Source of the DNA: Octopus bimaculoides
Lineage: Eukaryota
Length of the DNA: 35,214 nt
Direction of reading: 5' to 3'
Assembly: GCF_001194135.2 (NCBI RefSeq)
Contig: NC_068984.1
Span: 93,974,318-94,009,531, forward strand
Shown here: positions 21,249-32,682 of the stretch, in pieces
Numbering within the stretch: position 1 is the stretch's first letter
Layout: each line of letters begins with the position of its first letter
Translations under genes and position numbers: made by a program
The notes under the pieces: model-generated
What the model was told of the DNA's origin: nothing
The model's database searches: none
The model's input: the letters and a program-made list of their open reading frames with translations, nothing else

Positions 21249-23533
21249 TCATCATCATCATCATCTAACGTTCGCTTTCCATGCTAGTGTGGGTTGGACG
21301 ATATGACTGAGGACTGGCAAGCCAGAAGGCTGCACCAGGCTCCAATCTGATCTGGCAGAGTTTCTACAGCTGGATGCCCTTCCTAACGCCAACCACTCCG
21401 AGAGTGTAGTGGGTGCTTTTGCGTGCCACCGGCACGAGGGCCAGTCACACAGTACTGGCAACGCTCAAAAAGGTGTTTTTTACTGGCCATGCTCAAAAAG
21501 GTGTTTTTTACGTGCCACCTGCACAGGAGCTAGTCCAGCGGCACTGGCAATGACCTCGCTCGAATGAATTCCTAACGTGCCACCAGCACAAGGGCTAGAA
21601 GGTGATGCTGGTAACGATTATGCTCTAATGGTGCTATTTACGGGCCACTAGCACGGAAGCCAGACAGCTGCTCTGGCAATGAACAAGCTCGGACAGTGCT
21701 GTTAGTGCTCCACTGGCACAGGTGACAGTCATCGAGCATGCTTCGATTTCGATTTCACTTGCCCCAACAGGTCTTTGCAAGCAGAGTTTAGTGTCCAATG
21801 AAGGAGAGGTTGGCATGGGCGCCAGTCGTCAAATTCAGTTTGATTTCGATTTCAGATTTCAAATTTACTTGCCTCAACAGGTCTTCACAAGCAGAGTTTT
21901 TAGTGTCCAATGAAGTAAAGATACGAATATGTGAGCTGGCTACACTTCTGGCAGAGGTCACTTGCTTTGCTGGGTCTTCTCACGTACTGCATATTTCCAA
22001 AGGAACCGGTCACTGGTCATTGCCTCGGTGAGGCCTAAAGTTCAAAGGTTGTGTTTCACCACCTCATCCCAGGTCTTCCTGGGTCTTCTGTCGAGTATGC
22101 ACACTGACATTACTCATCCATCAGAGCATACTGGCTTCGTTTCTTGTGAGCTGACGCATGTCCTCACGGCCCATGTTTCACTGCCATGTAGCATGGCTGT
22201 TCGTACACATGCATCATACAGTTTGCCTTTTACTCTAAGTGAGAGGCCCTTTGTCACCAGCAGAGGTAAAAGCTCTCTAAACTTTGCCCAGGCTATTCTT
22301 ATTCTAGCAGCTACACTTTCAGTGCACCTTCCCCCGCTACAAACCTGGTCACCTAGATAGTGGAAGCTATCAACTACATCCAGTTTTTCTCCCTGGAATG
22401 AGACGTAAGTTGTTTCCTGCACATTTTCAGTGTTTATTGCTCCTGAGCATCTGCCACATACAAAAACTATCTTGCTAGTTAGCCTTCCTTTGATATTGCT
22501 GCACCTCTTATGTGTCCATAGCTTACACTGGGTACATCTTATGGAGTTTCTACCTACGCCTTTTCTACAGATCGAGCAGGGCCATTTACCTGAAGGGGTT
22601 TGTGTTTTGTCTACCTTCCTACTTATTAGGACTTTGGTTTTAGCTAGGCTTATTCTAAGACCCTTCGATTCTAGTCCTTGCTTCCACACCTGAAACTTTT
22701 CCTCTAGTTCTGATAGTGACTCAGCAATTAGTGCAAGGTCATCAGCATAGAGGATCTCCCAGGGGCATCCTATCTCGAATTCCTCTGTGATCGCCTGGAG
22801 GACTATGATAAATAGGAGGGGGCTGAGGACTGAACCTTGGTGGACCCCTACCTCTACCCGGAATTCTTCACTGTACTCGTTGCCAACTCTCACCTTACTG
22901 ACAGCGTCTCTGTACATGGCTTGCACTCATTTATCCCTAGTTTCCTCATTGACCACCAGATAAGGGAGCGGGGGACCCTGTCAAAGGCTTTCTCCATGTC
23001 AACGAAAGCCAGGTACAGAGGTTTATCCTTGGCTAGGTATTTCTCCTGCAGCTGTCATACCAGAAATATGGCATCAGTGGTGCTTTTCCCTGGAACGAAC
23101 CCAAACTGCATCTCATCTAAACTGACTCTCTCCCTAATTAGTTGGGCTATGACCCTCTCGGTGACCTTCATTACCTGGTCCAACAACTTGATACCTCTGT
23201 AACTGTTTATGTCTAAAGCGTCACCTTTACCTTTGTAGCAGTTGACAATGACTCCTTCGTGTATCACCTGATTAACTATATGGGTGACTAGGCTATAGCC
23301 GACACTGACAGATATTTTGAGCATCTCTGCAATGATTACTGATGTGCCAGGGGCTTTCCCTGTCTTTATACTCTTGATTGCTTTATCTACCAAGGTACTG
23401 TCAATTAGGATAGCTGGTCCCTCTGTTGGGGCGACATGTGGCAGACTCTCTTCTTCCCATTCATTCTCTTTATTAAGCAGCCTTTCATAGTGGCATCTCC
23501 AAACCTTTCTCTTTGCAGCCTCGTTTAGTGCAA
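21249..23533 (-). mobile_element. RTE-clade LINE 3' half (RT + about 700 bp 3' UTR)
   Basis: YLAFVDMEKAFDRVP, GVHQGSVLSPLLF, ILYADDL, CRKGVGRNSIRCTQCKLWTHKRC, GRPRKTW. The UTR has tandem subrepeats and a (GAT)n tail. Confidence 0.93.
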
Positions 23534-23613
23534 ATACATATATATATATATATATATATAAATATACATGCATAAATCAAAAACTTAAAATTAAAACAGA
23601 ACACAAAGGATTC

Positions 23614-23714
23614 TGCGGTACACGTGTTTCAAGCTTTATACACAAACAGTTGTTGCATCATTATATGAGTATATAATTGATAGACAGGATGGTATAAAGC
23701 TATCTTCAGCCCCA
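23614..23714 (-). ncRNA. Type I hammerhead ribozyme at the 3' end of PLE1
   Basis: tgggg CTGAAGA t AGCTTTATAC [50 nt] GTATAAAGCT t GAAAC ACGT GTA ccgca: intact catalytic words, perfect 10-bp stem II, palindromic stem III, stem I 4/5 paired. Predicted cut between 23619 and 23618. Confidence 0.82.
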
Positions 23715-24682
23715 AATACATTCTTTCCCAAGATTATATCACAAAGAAGGAATCACAAAGAAAAAAGAAAAAGAGAGAGAAACAGGAGAGAGAAAAAGGG
23801 GAAGTCCACTTGGTATTATTCATTGTAATATGTTTATCCTTTAAGTTGATGCATTTACATAAAAGTTTGTTGGTATTCCGAAATCTGTCCATATTGTGCC
23901 ACAATTCAGGGTAGAGTGAAAGATAAATAAACATAACTAGCTATATGAAATAGGAGAGGATCCCAAAAAGAAAGAAGTTGGATGTTAAAACAATACAAAA
24001 TACGAAGAAAACAATATAAAATACACAAATGGGGGGGGGGGGTATAAGAAAAAATATGGATAATAAAGTAAGATGCATATAAAAGATTTAGTAGGGTTGG
24101 AGAAAGGTAGTAAAGGAAAACACAAGGAAATTGGATAAATAAATAGAAGAAATAGAAAAATAAAAGAAATAAAATGAAATAACAGAAGTAAAGAGAAAGG
24201 GGAATAAGAAAAAACCTAAAAGTAGAAAAAGAGGTAAATAGAAATAAAGATAGATAAAGAGATCTAAAGGGATGAGTTCCTAAATGACAGACATACATGA
24301 TGCTGTCTGGGCCAAGAATAGTGAGNNNNNNNNNNTAAATAATGTCAAGCTAGAATAAACTTGAAATAATATATCCTTGTGGTGAGTGGTCAGTTTAGCC
24401 AAAGTACATCACTACAACTTAAGTATACAAACTTATCTATTATATTGGTACATTCACTTACCTAGAGGATAAAAGGATGATGGAAGTGGTAAATGGTAAT
24501 TAGCACATAAAAACTAAACAATGAATAATTAGAAAATGTAAAAAAAGTTAGAAAATATAAAGGGGAAAACTAGGGTTGGAAGTTAAAAATTCAAAATACA
24601 GAGTATTGGGAACATTTCAACCGCAGTAATATAATAGTAATATTGTATTACATAATGTAATAGTAATAAAAAATAACAACAC

Positions 24683-24730
24683 CAACAACAACAACAACAA
24701 CAATAATAATAATAATAATAATAATCATAA
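24683..24730. repeat. (AAC)n(AAT)n microsatellite inside the PLE1 3' UTR
   Basis: Direct reading of the sequence. Confidence 0.9.
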
Positions 24731-27700
24731 TAAAAAAATAGTGGTTTGAAAAGGTACATTGATTAGAAGAATATTGTGATTGGGGAAATTACGGCTTATC
24801 TATTTGTGTAAATTATATGGCATAGTGAAACTACTACTATAATCGTGTTTTAATCATTGGGTATTGGTATATGAATATAAAGGAGTCTGGGTTTGCATCT
24901 CCTAATTAATTCTAGTATAATATTATTATAAAAACATTGCAGTAAAGAGTGTTATTTAATGTTACCCTTATGTATTGTAGTGTTATTCGAAATCTTAGAG
25001 TCAGTGACTAAAAAGTTTAGAAATTTTCCTGTAAAGGTGGGATTATGGATCCCGGGTTATTAAATATGTGTGTATATTATGGGGTCAGAATCTAGCTATG
25101 CAAGGGTAAACTGAATAATTAAGGTAAATAGTTAAGTTGGGGGTAGATTACGGGCTTCGTTAATTCAATGTCTGAATGGTGGCAGGATGGATCTGATGTG
25201 GGAGTTACCAATGAGAGAAGATTTAGAAGTGATTATAACTTAAAAGAGGGGACTTAGGGATTATAGTATCTAAAGGTTTTAATCATTTTATGTATACAAG
25301 ATGGTTTGAAATCTGATCTCTTATTAATTAGCTTGTTTTTATCAGGGAATCTAATGATTTTCAAAAGTTCTAAGGAACATAACTGGCAACCAGTTCTATT
25401 ATTTCTATACGTTGCAGCCGATCCAACTATGGACCATCTAAGGTTAATGTTAATGTTTTCGTCTTTAAGTTCCCAAATTCTGAGATAATGAGGTGCTATT
25501 GGCCTTGTCTGAGTCTAAATTATGACCTGTGGTTATAGAACCTAGATTTCCAGGAGGAAGAGCACCCAAGGTAGGTGAGGGTGTTCGTTTCCGTAATTAT
25601 TTCGCAAGAGTATACTACGTTTTTTACTAGGCAGTTTCCACGTAAAGGACATGTTGATGTAGTTACACAATTGCACCCGATTTTATAGTTGCTAGGCCGT
25701 CTTATGTTTTCATTTGGGGGGTAACTGCTTATAGGATTGTTATCTATGTTAGTTCTCGGGTGGTTAGGGTTTACGCCTACATTGTTGTTACTATTATTGT
25801 TGTTACCTCTATTTGGGTTGTTTGGAGCTTCACCACTTCTATTCATTCTGCCGTTAACACTGGTACTATATTTATTATTTCTATCAGCAATATTATTAAT
25901 TATATTGGAATCGTGGCCCGTATAATTATTATCGTGATTACTATTTGAGGTGGAGTTGGATATTCTATTATTAGTAGCAGTATCATTATTTAACGTGGAA
26001 GTACTATAAGGTGTGCCGCTATCCTGTGTTGGGTCTAGGTTTAGTGATTCATCTATTGTACTGTGATTTGCTATTTGGATATGGTTATAAGGCCTAATAT
26101 TGTTGTTGTCATAATTATTATTATTACTAGCATTATCAACAATGTTATAATTTTCAGGAATATTAGTTTGTATACTATCAGTAGAAGTTCTTGGATTATC
26201 GGAGTTAGGCTGATAATTATTATTTATTCTTAATCTAGCTTTTTTAGATATAAGGCATTTCATATTAGGGAGGGTTGAATATGAGATTCTAACAGTTTTA
26301 GTGGAAAAGATACTGTTATATTTGTGAGTGGGTGGAAAGTTCTTTGATATAATTGAAAATATTTTCTTACATAATCTACCTGTGACCGCTACATTGTATG
26401 GTATGTTATACCATATGTAGTTGCGTAATTTATTGTTACTTCGTTTAGTAATTCTTCTATTTCTATCGTTAGGGTTTTCTCTATTATCAGTACAATTTTT
26501 TTCTTTATGATTTTCGATCCTATGCCTATTTGTATTAGTACTGATTGTATCTGTTCTTTTGTTTTTGTTTTTATTCGACTTATTTTCTATACCACCATTT
26601 AGGGAATTAATTATAGATTTACTAATTTGATTACATGATGGGTTAATGTTCATGGATGATGTTTTAGACAGTTTACAATTTAACTTTTTAACAAAAGATA
26701 TTTTCTGGGAGTACCCAGTGTTAGAGAGGGCTTGATTGTAATGATGGGCATGATCTCTAAAAATGTTTTCATTCGAGGATAATTTAGTTAGTCTATCCGA
26801 AACAGCCTGGACAGTGGTATTAATTATAGAGGGAGGGGAGGGGGTGATTGGAAATTGTGCTAATGTAACTAGTAGTTTCTCCTGGCTTTCTGTAAGGGAA
26901 GTGAAGTCCTTTATCTAAGTCTAGTGTAGCATCTAAAAAATTAACAATCTTAGAGTTAGTCATAAATTCAAGTTTTAGATTAAAAGATTTCAAGAAATGC
27001 CTAATCTTTTTCTTAATTCTTTCTAGGGTACTTTTGCTATTGGTAGGGTATATGAATAGTGCATCATCTCTGTATAGACCCCACCCCCTGAAGGCCTGGT
27101 ACCTCCGAGAATAGCCTCTTAAGTAGAAAGGCTCCGACTAAGTCAGTTACCTGAGCTGAGTCACTCGAGCACAAAGCCACATTGAAGTTATCAGGGGTGT
27201 CAGACCTAGTCCAATTATTGTTTTCCTAGCTAAGAGTATTATATCAATTTTTTCTCTATCTATAAGAGAGAGGTTATGAGCATAAATTAGGGACTTATTC
27301 AATAGGATAGGAGAGATGCTTGCATAGTAATTCGATATGTCGAATTGTATGAATGAAAAGTTTTTCTTACACTTGATAGAGTTGAACCATTTTAGAATGT
27401 CCTCAGTATAAACCCATATGTTGAGTGGGATGTGAGGTTTAATTCGGGGAATTACTCCATCTAGAATTGTCTTCAGTCTGCCTATGTCTGACTTAGTTGG
27501 GCATATTAGCCTCACTTCTATGTTCTCTGGGAATCCTTTTTTATGGTCCTTAATGCTAATCCAAGGTTCCTGGGGGATGAGAGGTTCGGTCCTTTCTAGT
27601 AGATCTAGCTTAGTCATAACTTTTTTGATTTTGCTGTTGGTTTGTATGAGGTTATCTGTTGATGTAACTTTATATTTTCTATGGAGTTCCTTAATTATTA

Positions 27701-28206
27701 GTGATCTATACGTGTTATAGTCTACTTTATACCAGTTACGGGTTTTGTCGGCAGGTATGATTAGACTATCTTCATTTTTCAGTGAGTCTAAAAATTGCTT
27801 TAGTTTCTTCAAGTGGTTGTTACGAATAGTTCTATGTTTTCTGAGTTTAATTCTTTTGTTAAATTCAGGGATATCTTTTTCGAAGTCTTCTAATGCAAAG
27901 TTCGGTGGTGGGTTTCTTCTACTTTTGAATACTTTTATGTTTACGATATCTTCCTGGTTCCTGTTTGAGTTATGTTTATTTCTATTATCAAAGTGATAGG
28001 CAGCCCATCTAATTCGTCTAAGGAAATCTGTAGTCCTGTGGATAAGAGCCGTCATGTAAGCGTCATCAGTGTGCAGTGGCATGTTTTTGGGAAAGAAATC
28101 GGTGTGAATCCTTTGTATCATTGTTCATTCATCAAGTATTAAAAGTTGTCGTGGGTATGTAAAAACCAATGAAAGGGATAACATGAATCACGTAGGTAAA
28201 GCAAAT

Positions 28207-28348
28207 TTTAGAGGTAATACTTCATAATTGTAAGCACCTGTATATGCCTTTGTGTTCTGTTTTAATTTTAAGTTTTTCATTTATTCTTTCACCTCAGCCA
28301 CTAAGTGGCATATACAGGTGCTTACAATTATCAAGTATTACCGCTAAA
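28207..28348. repeat. Inverted repeat, 42-bp arms, at the PLE1 5' end
   Basis: Arms 28207-28248 and 28307-28348, 2 mismatches, 58-nt spacer. Confidence 0.9.
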
Positions 28349-28761
28349 TATACATACATATATACATATATATATAAATATATATGTATACATACACATA
28401 TAAATATATATGTATACATACGCATATAAATATATATATATATACATATATATACATACATATATAAATATATATATACATACATGTATATACATACATG
28501 TATATACATACATACATATATATATACACATATATATACAATATACATATATACATACATATATATACATACACATATATATATACATACATATATAAAC
28601 TTTTTTTGTGAACAATGAAAAAAACAGAAAAACGAGACGTGCAACATAAAGAGTATACCCCTTCGTCAGTCGTCCCTGTTTAATCTACTCCGCGTTTCGA
28701 ATAGATATATATATATACAGACATATATATACATACACATATATACATACATATATATATG

Positions 28762-28799
<38 letters not shown>

Positions 28800-28808
28800 C
28801 ATATATAC

Positions 28809-28905
<97 letters not shown>

Positions 28906-28986
28906 CATATATATACATACATACATACATACATATATACAAATACATATATACATACATATATATACAAACATATATACATATAA

Positions 28987-29047
<61 letters not shown>

Positions 29048-29050
29048 CAC

Positions 29051-29088
<38 letters not shown>

Positions 29089-29300
29089 ATATATACATAC
29101 ATATATATACATATATATATATACATACATACATACATATAGATACATATATATATATCAACATATATACATACATACATATATATACATATATATATCG
29201 ACAAAAATATATATACATACATATACATATATATATATATATACACAAACATATACACACACATATATACACATATATGTATATATATATACATATATAT
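28349..29300. repeat. Long compound (TA)n/(TACA)n microsatellite with a roughly 110 bp non-simple island (28598-28705)
   Basis: Direct reading; runs into a gap. Confidence 0.95.
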
Positions 29301-30189
29301 NNNNNNNNNNNNNNNNNNNNNNNNNNNNNNNNNNNNNNNNNNNNNNNNNNNNNNNNNNNNNNNNNNNNNNNNNNNNNNNNNNNNNNNNNNNNNNNNNNNN
29401 NNNNNNNNNNNNNNNNNNNNNNNNNNNNNNNNNNNNNNNNNNNNNNNNNNNNNNNNNNNNNNNNNNNNNNNNNNNNNNNNNNNNNNNNNNNNNNNNNNNN
29501 NNNNNNNNNNNNNNNNNNNNNNNNNNNNNNNNNNNNNNNNNNNNNNNNNNNNNNNNNNNNNNNNNNNNNNNNNNNNNNNNNNNNNNNNNNNNNNNNNNNN
29601 NNNNNNNNNNNNNNNNNNNNNNNNNNNNNNNNNNNNNNNNNNNNNNNNNNNNNNNNNNNNNNNNNNNNNNNNNNNNNNNNNNNNNNNNNNNNNNNNNNNN
29701 NNNNNNNNNNNNNNNNNNNNNNNNNNNNNNNNNNNNNNNNNNNNNNNNNNNNNNNNNNNNNNNNNNNNNNNNNNNNNNNNNNNNNNNNNNNNNNNNNNNN
29801 NNNNNNNNNNNNNNNNNNNNNNNNNNNNNNNNNNNNNNNNNNNNNNNNNNNNNNNNNNNNNNNNNNNNNNNNNNNNNNNNNNNNNNNNNNNNNNNNNNNN
29901 NNNNNNNNNNNNNNNNNNNNNNNNNNNNNNNNNNNNNNNNNNNNNNNNNNNNNNNNNNNNNNNNNNNNNNNNNNNNNNNNNNNNNNNNNNNNNNNNNNNN
30001 NNNNNNNNNNNNNNNNNNNNNNNNNNNNNNNNNNNNNNNNNNNNNNNNNNNNNNNNNNNNATTTAAAACTTACGATTAAGCATTGCTTCTTCAATTTTGT
30101 TCAAAAAAGCCCAAAGAATTAATCCCGGGTGAAGTGCTGCTTGCCTGGCACCCCCTCTCTCTCTATATATATATGCCTTTCTCTCATCA

Positions 30190-32682
30190 TGCCTGACCCT
30201 AGCTATATATAAGAAGTCTCCCCTGGCTGGCGGTACACCCGACCCGACCCCAACCCTTCCACCTGTACCGGAAGTTCATATCCTCTGTCATCTACGGCTG
30301 TCTCTCGGAACTCGCCTAGAGGCCTCACACCATCCCCTCCCCTACCTTTGGGTAGCGCATAAAGATTGTGTAATGTATGCAGGTTGTAGGTATTGTTTTG
30401 CTTATGAATTCTGCCAATTGCAAGTCTTCTTTTCAGGTACACAACACTGCTTTCCCCCTTTCCCAGGCCACAGACCCACACCTCCAACACCCACACTGTC
30501 AGGATTGGCACTCTCAACGTCGGCACGCTGAAAGGTAGGTCTGGTGAGATTGTTGAGATGCTTGAACGGAGATGCGTAGATCTGTGCTGCATCCAAGAAG
30601 TAAGATGGAGAGGAGGTTCCGCGAGGTTCTTCACAGGCAAAGGACACAGGTACAAGATTTTCTGGGCAGGGAACACTGACGGGGTTGGGGGCATAGGAAT
30701 ACTTCTAGCAGAGAAATGGGCTGATAAGGTAATCGAGGTAGTCAGAGTATGTGACAGAGTACTTAAGATTAGACTAGTGCTTCATCATAGGTTAGCTACC
30801 GTCATCTCAGCCTATGCCTCTCAACCGGTAGAGTAGACCGACTTGGAGGAGAAGGGTGTGGAAACTTAAAGACCCTGCAAATGGACGGAGATTTAGAGAC
30901 ATGTTGCTTGAACCATTTGACGAAATAGAAGGGGATATAGCATCATACAACGTAGAAGACAATTGGAGATTTCTGCGGGACAACCTGCTGAGAGCCACCG
31001 ACCAGATCTGTGGCTGGTGTAAAGTCCCATCTCGACCCAGAGTAATGTGGTGGTGGAACAAGGAGGAAGACAGGGCTATTAGACAAAAGAAACAGGCTTG
31101 GAAGGACTGGAAGAACGGTGGTAGCAGGGAATTGTACCAGTCTGCCAGAAGGGAAGCTAGGCAACAAGTTTATTTAGCTAGAGGGGAAGCAGATAAGAAA
31201 AGATTTGCCAATGTTCTGCGGGTATTTCGTGTTGCAAGACAGTGTAGGAGAGAGAATAGTGATGTCATAGGAGAGAAATATGTTCCCATGGATGATGGTA
31301 CGCTTGCACTAAATGAGGCTGCAAAGAAAGAGGTCTGGAGATGCCACTACGATAGATTGCTCAATAAAGAGAATGAATGGGAGAAAGAGAGTCTGCTGTA
31401 TGTCGACCCAACAGAGGGACCAGCTATCTGAGTTGACAGTACAACGGTAGATAAAGCAATTAAGAGTATGAAGACAGGAAAGCCACCAGCCCATCAGGAA
31501 TCACTGCAGGGATGCTCAAAATATCTGACAGTGTCGATTATAGCCTAGTCACCCGTATTGCGAACCAGGTGATACACGAAGGAGTCATACCCAATGACTG
31601 GTGTAGCAGCACCATAGTCAACTGCTACAAAGGTAAAGGTGACACTTTAGATACAAATAATTACAAAGGTATCAAGCTGTTAGATCAGGTAATGAAAGTC
31701 ACAGAGAGGGTCATAGCCCAACTAATTAGTGAGCGAATCAATTTAGATGAGATGCAGTTTGGGTTCGTGCCAGGGAAAAGCACCACTGATGCCATATTTC
31801 TGGTAAGACAGCTGCAGGAGAAATACCTAGCCAAGGATAAACCTCTGTACCTGGCTTTCATTGACATGGAGAAAGCCTTTGACAGGGTCCCCCAATCCCT
31901 TATCTGGTGGTCAATGAGGAAACTTAGGATAGAAGAATGGTTAGTGAGAGCTGTGCGAACCATGTTCAGAGACGCTGTCAGTAAGTTGATGGTTGGCAAT
32001 GAGTACAGTAATGAATTCCGGGTAGAGGTAGGTGTCCACCAAGGTTCTGTCCTCAGCCCCCTCCTATTTATCATAGTCCTCCAGGCAATCACAGAGGAAT
32101 TCAAGACAGGATGCCCCTGGGAGCTCCTCTATGCTGATGACCTTGCACTAATTGCTGAGTCACTATCAGAACTAGAGGAGAAGTTTCAGGTGTGGAATCG
32201 AAGGGCCTTAGAATCAACCTAGCTTAAACCAAAGTCCTAATAAGTAGGAAGGTAGATAAAACACAAACCCCTTCAGGTAGATGGCCCTGCTCAGAATGTA
32301 GAAATGGTGTAGGTATTAACTCTATAAGATGTACCCAGTTAGTCTTTGTATGTGGCAGATGTTCAGGTGCAACAATCACTGTAAACAAACAGGAAACAAC
32401 TTCTGTCTCATTCAATGGAGAAAAACTAGAGGTAGTTTATAGCTTCCGCTATCTGGGAGACCAAGTTAGTAGTGGGGGTGGGTGCGCTGAAAGTGTAGCT
32501 GCTAGAATGACAATAGCTTGGGCAAAGTTCAGAGAGCTCTTACCTCTCCTGCATACAAAGGGACTCTCACTCAAAGTAAAAGGCAGACTGTATGACGCAT
32601 GTGTACGAACAGCCATGCTACATGGCAGTGAAACATGGGCTGTGACTGCTGAGGACATGCGTAAGCTCGCAAGAAATGAAGC
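30190..32682 (+). mobile_element. RTE-clade LINE 5' part with internal deletions, 3'-truncated at PLE2
   Basis: TVRIGTLNVGTL, DLCCIQEVRW, ISAYASQ then a jump to VWKLKDP (APE C-terminal part deleted); YLAFIDMEKAFDRVP, LLYADDL; ends at ...RKLARNEA. 5' boundary approximate. Confidence 0.92.

Larger units (their letters stand above)
23572..28348 (-). mobile_element. Penelope-like element PLE1 (RT + C-terminal GIY-YIG), near full length but frameshifted
   Basis: ORF remnants 28121->25254: IPADKTRNWY, ISIKDHK, QFDISNYYASI, GLYRDD (YRDD 27063-27074), NFLDATLDL, YIWYNIPY, CNC..CPLRGNC, VVY..TYLG, RFYNH, CQLC..E, INKR..CIH. About 1.7 kb 3' UTR with a terminal hammerhead and an inverted terminal segment. 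PLE clade not assigned. Confidence 0.9.

Noticed and set aside
30231-30330. HDV-like ribozyme at the RTE 5' end (GGTACA/TGTACC followed by GG)
   Set aside because: P1 and P1.1-like bases are present, but no P3/L3 of adequate length and no P2 or J4/2 could be built.
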